DNA of 63,303 bases, the filler included, from Octopus bimaculoides (lineage: Eukaryota): NCBI RefSeq assembly GCF_001194135.2. It is 5 parts of 4 records of this genome, joined end to end, with 100 filler letters (N's around TTAATTAATTAA, not from the genome) between each part and the next. Parts side by side here need not be neighbours in the genome. Positions count along the whole stretch, not along the records: positions 59,325 to 63,303 come from NC_068996.1; 4 more parts are not named here. The stretch is one strand, 5' to 3'. The notes under the pieces are model-generated. The model was not told the DNA's origin. It made no database searches and was given only the letters and a program-made list of their open reading frames with translations. Shown here piece by piece: positions 63,033-63,303 of this stretch. Numbering within the stretch: position 1 is the first letter of the stretch; each line of letters begins with the position of its first letter. A program made the position numbers and the translations under genes.

Positions 63033-63303
63033 ACATACATACATACATACATACATACATACATACATACATACATACATACATACATACATACATGCAT
63101 GCATGCATACATGCATACTTACATACATACATACATACATACATACATTCACGCATGCATACATACATACATGCATACATACATACATACATACATACAT
63201 ACATGCATACATACATACATGCATACATACATACATTCACGCATGCATACATACATACATGCATACATACATACATACATACATACATACATACATACAT
63301 ACA
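63033..63303. repeat. (CATA)n microsatellite; representative of many (TA), (CA), (GA), (ATT), (ATC), (GATA), (GACA), (GTA) and (CATA) tracts throughout
   Basis: Directly visible. Confidence 0.98.

Overview
AT-rich eukaryotic genomic DNA, dense in microsatellites and transposon debris. The repeat families and the gene suggest an octopus; that assignment is inferred, not checked. Four 100-bp N-TTAATTAATTAA-N spacers show the window is five contigs joined artificially. One host gene is visible, on the minus strand: eight GT-AG exons between 2137 and 26104 encoding the C-terminal part of OvoA (5-histidylcysteine sulfoxide synthase of ovothiol biosynthesis), namely the FGE-sulfatase-like domain and a diverged C-terminal methyltransferase domain. 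The 5' exons, one internal exon and the last exon are not visible. One exon carries an apparent +1/-1 compensating indel pair. The rest is mobile DNA: Penelope-like elements (GIY-YIG remnants, inverted pseudo-LTRs, several type I hammerhead ribozyme motifs, two of them in sense orientation to OvoA), RTE, Tx1/L1-like, CR1-like and R4-like LINE fragments, a near full-length DD36E Tc1-like transposon, a maT-like remnant, MITEs and three tRNA-derived SINE families. There are no rRNA genes, true tRNA genes or CRISPR arrays. Motif consensus comparisons are from memory; no searches were run.
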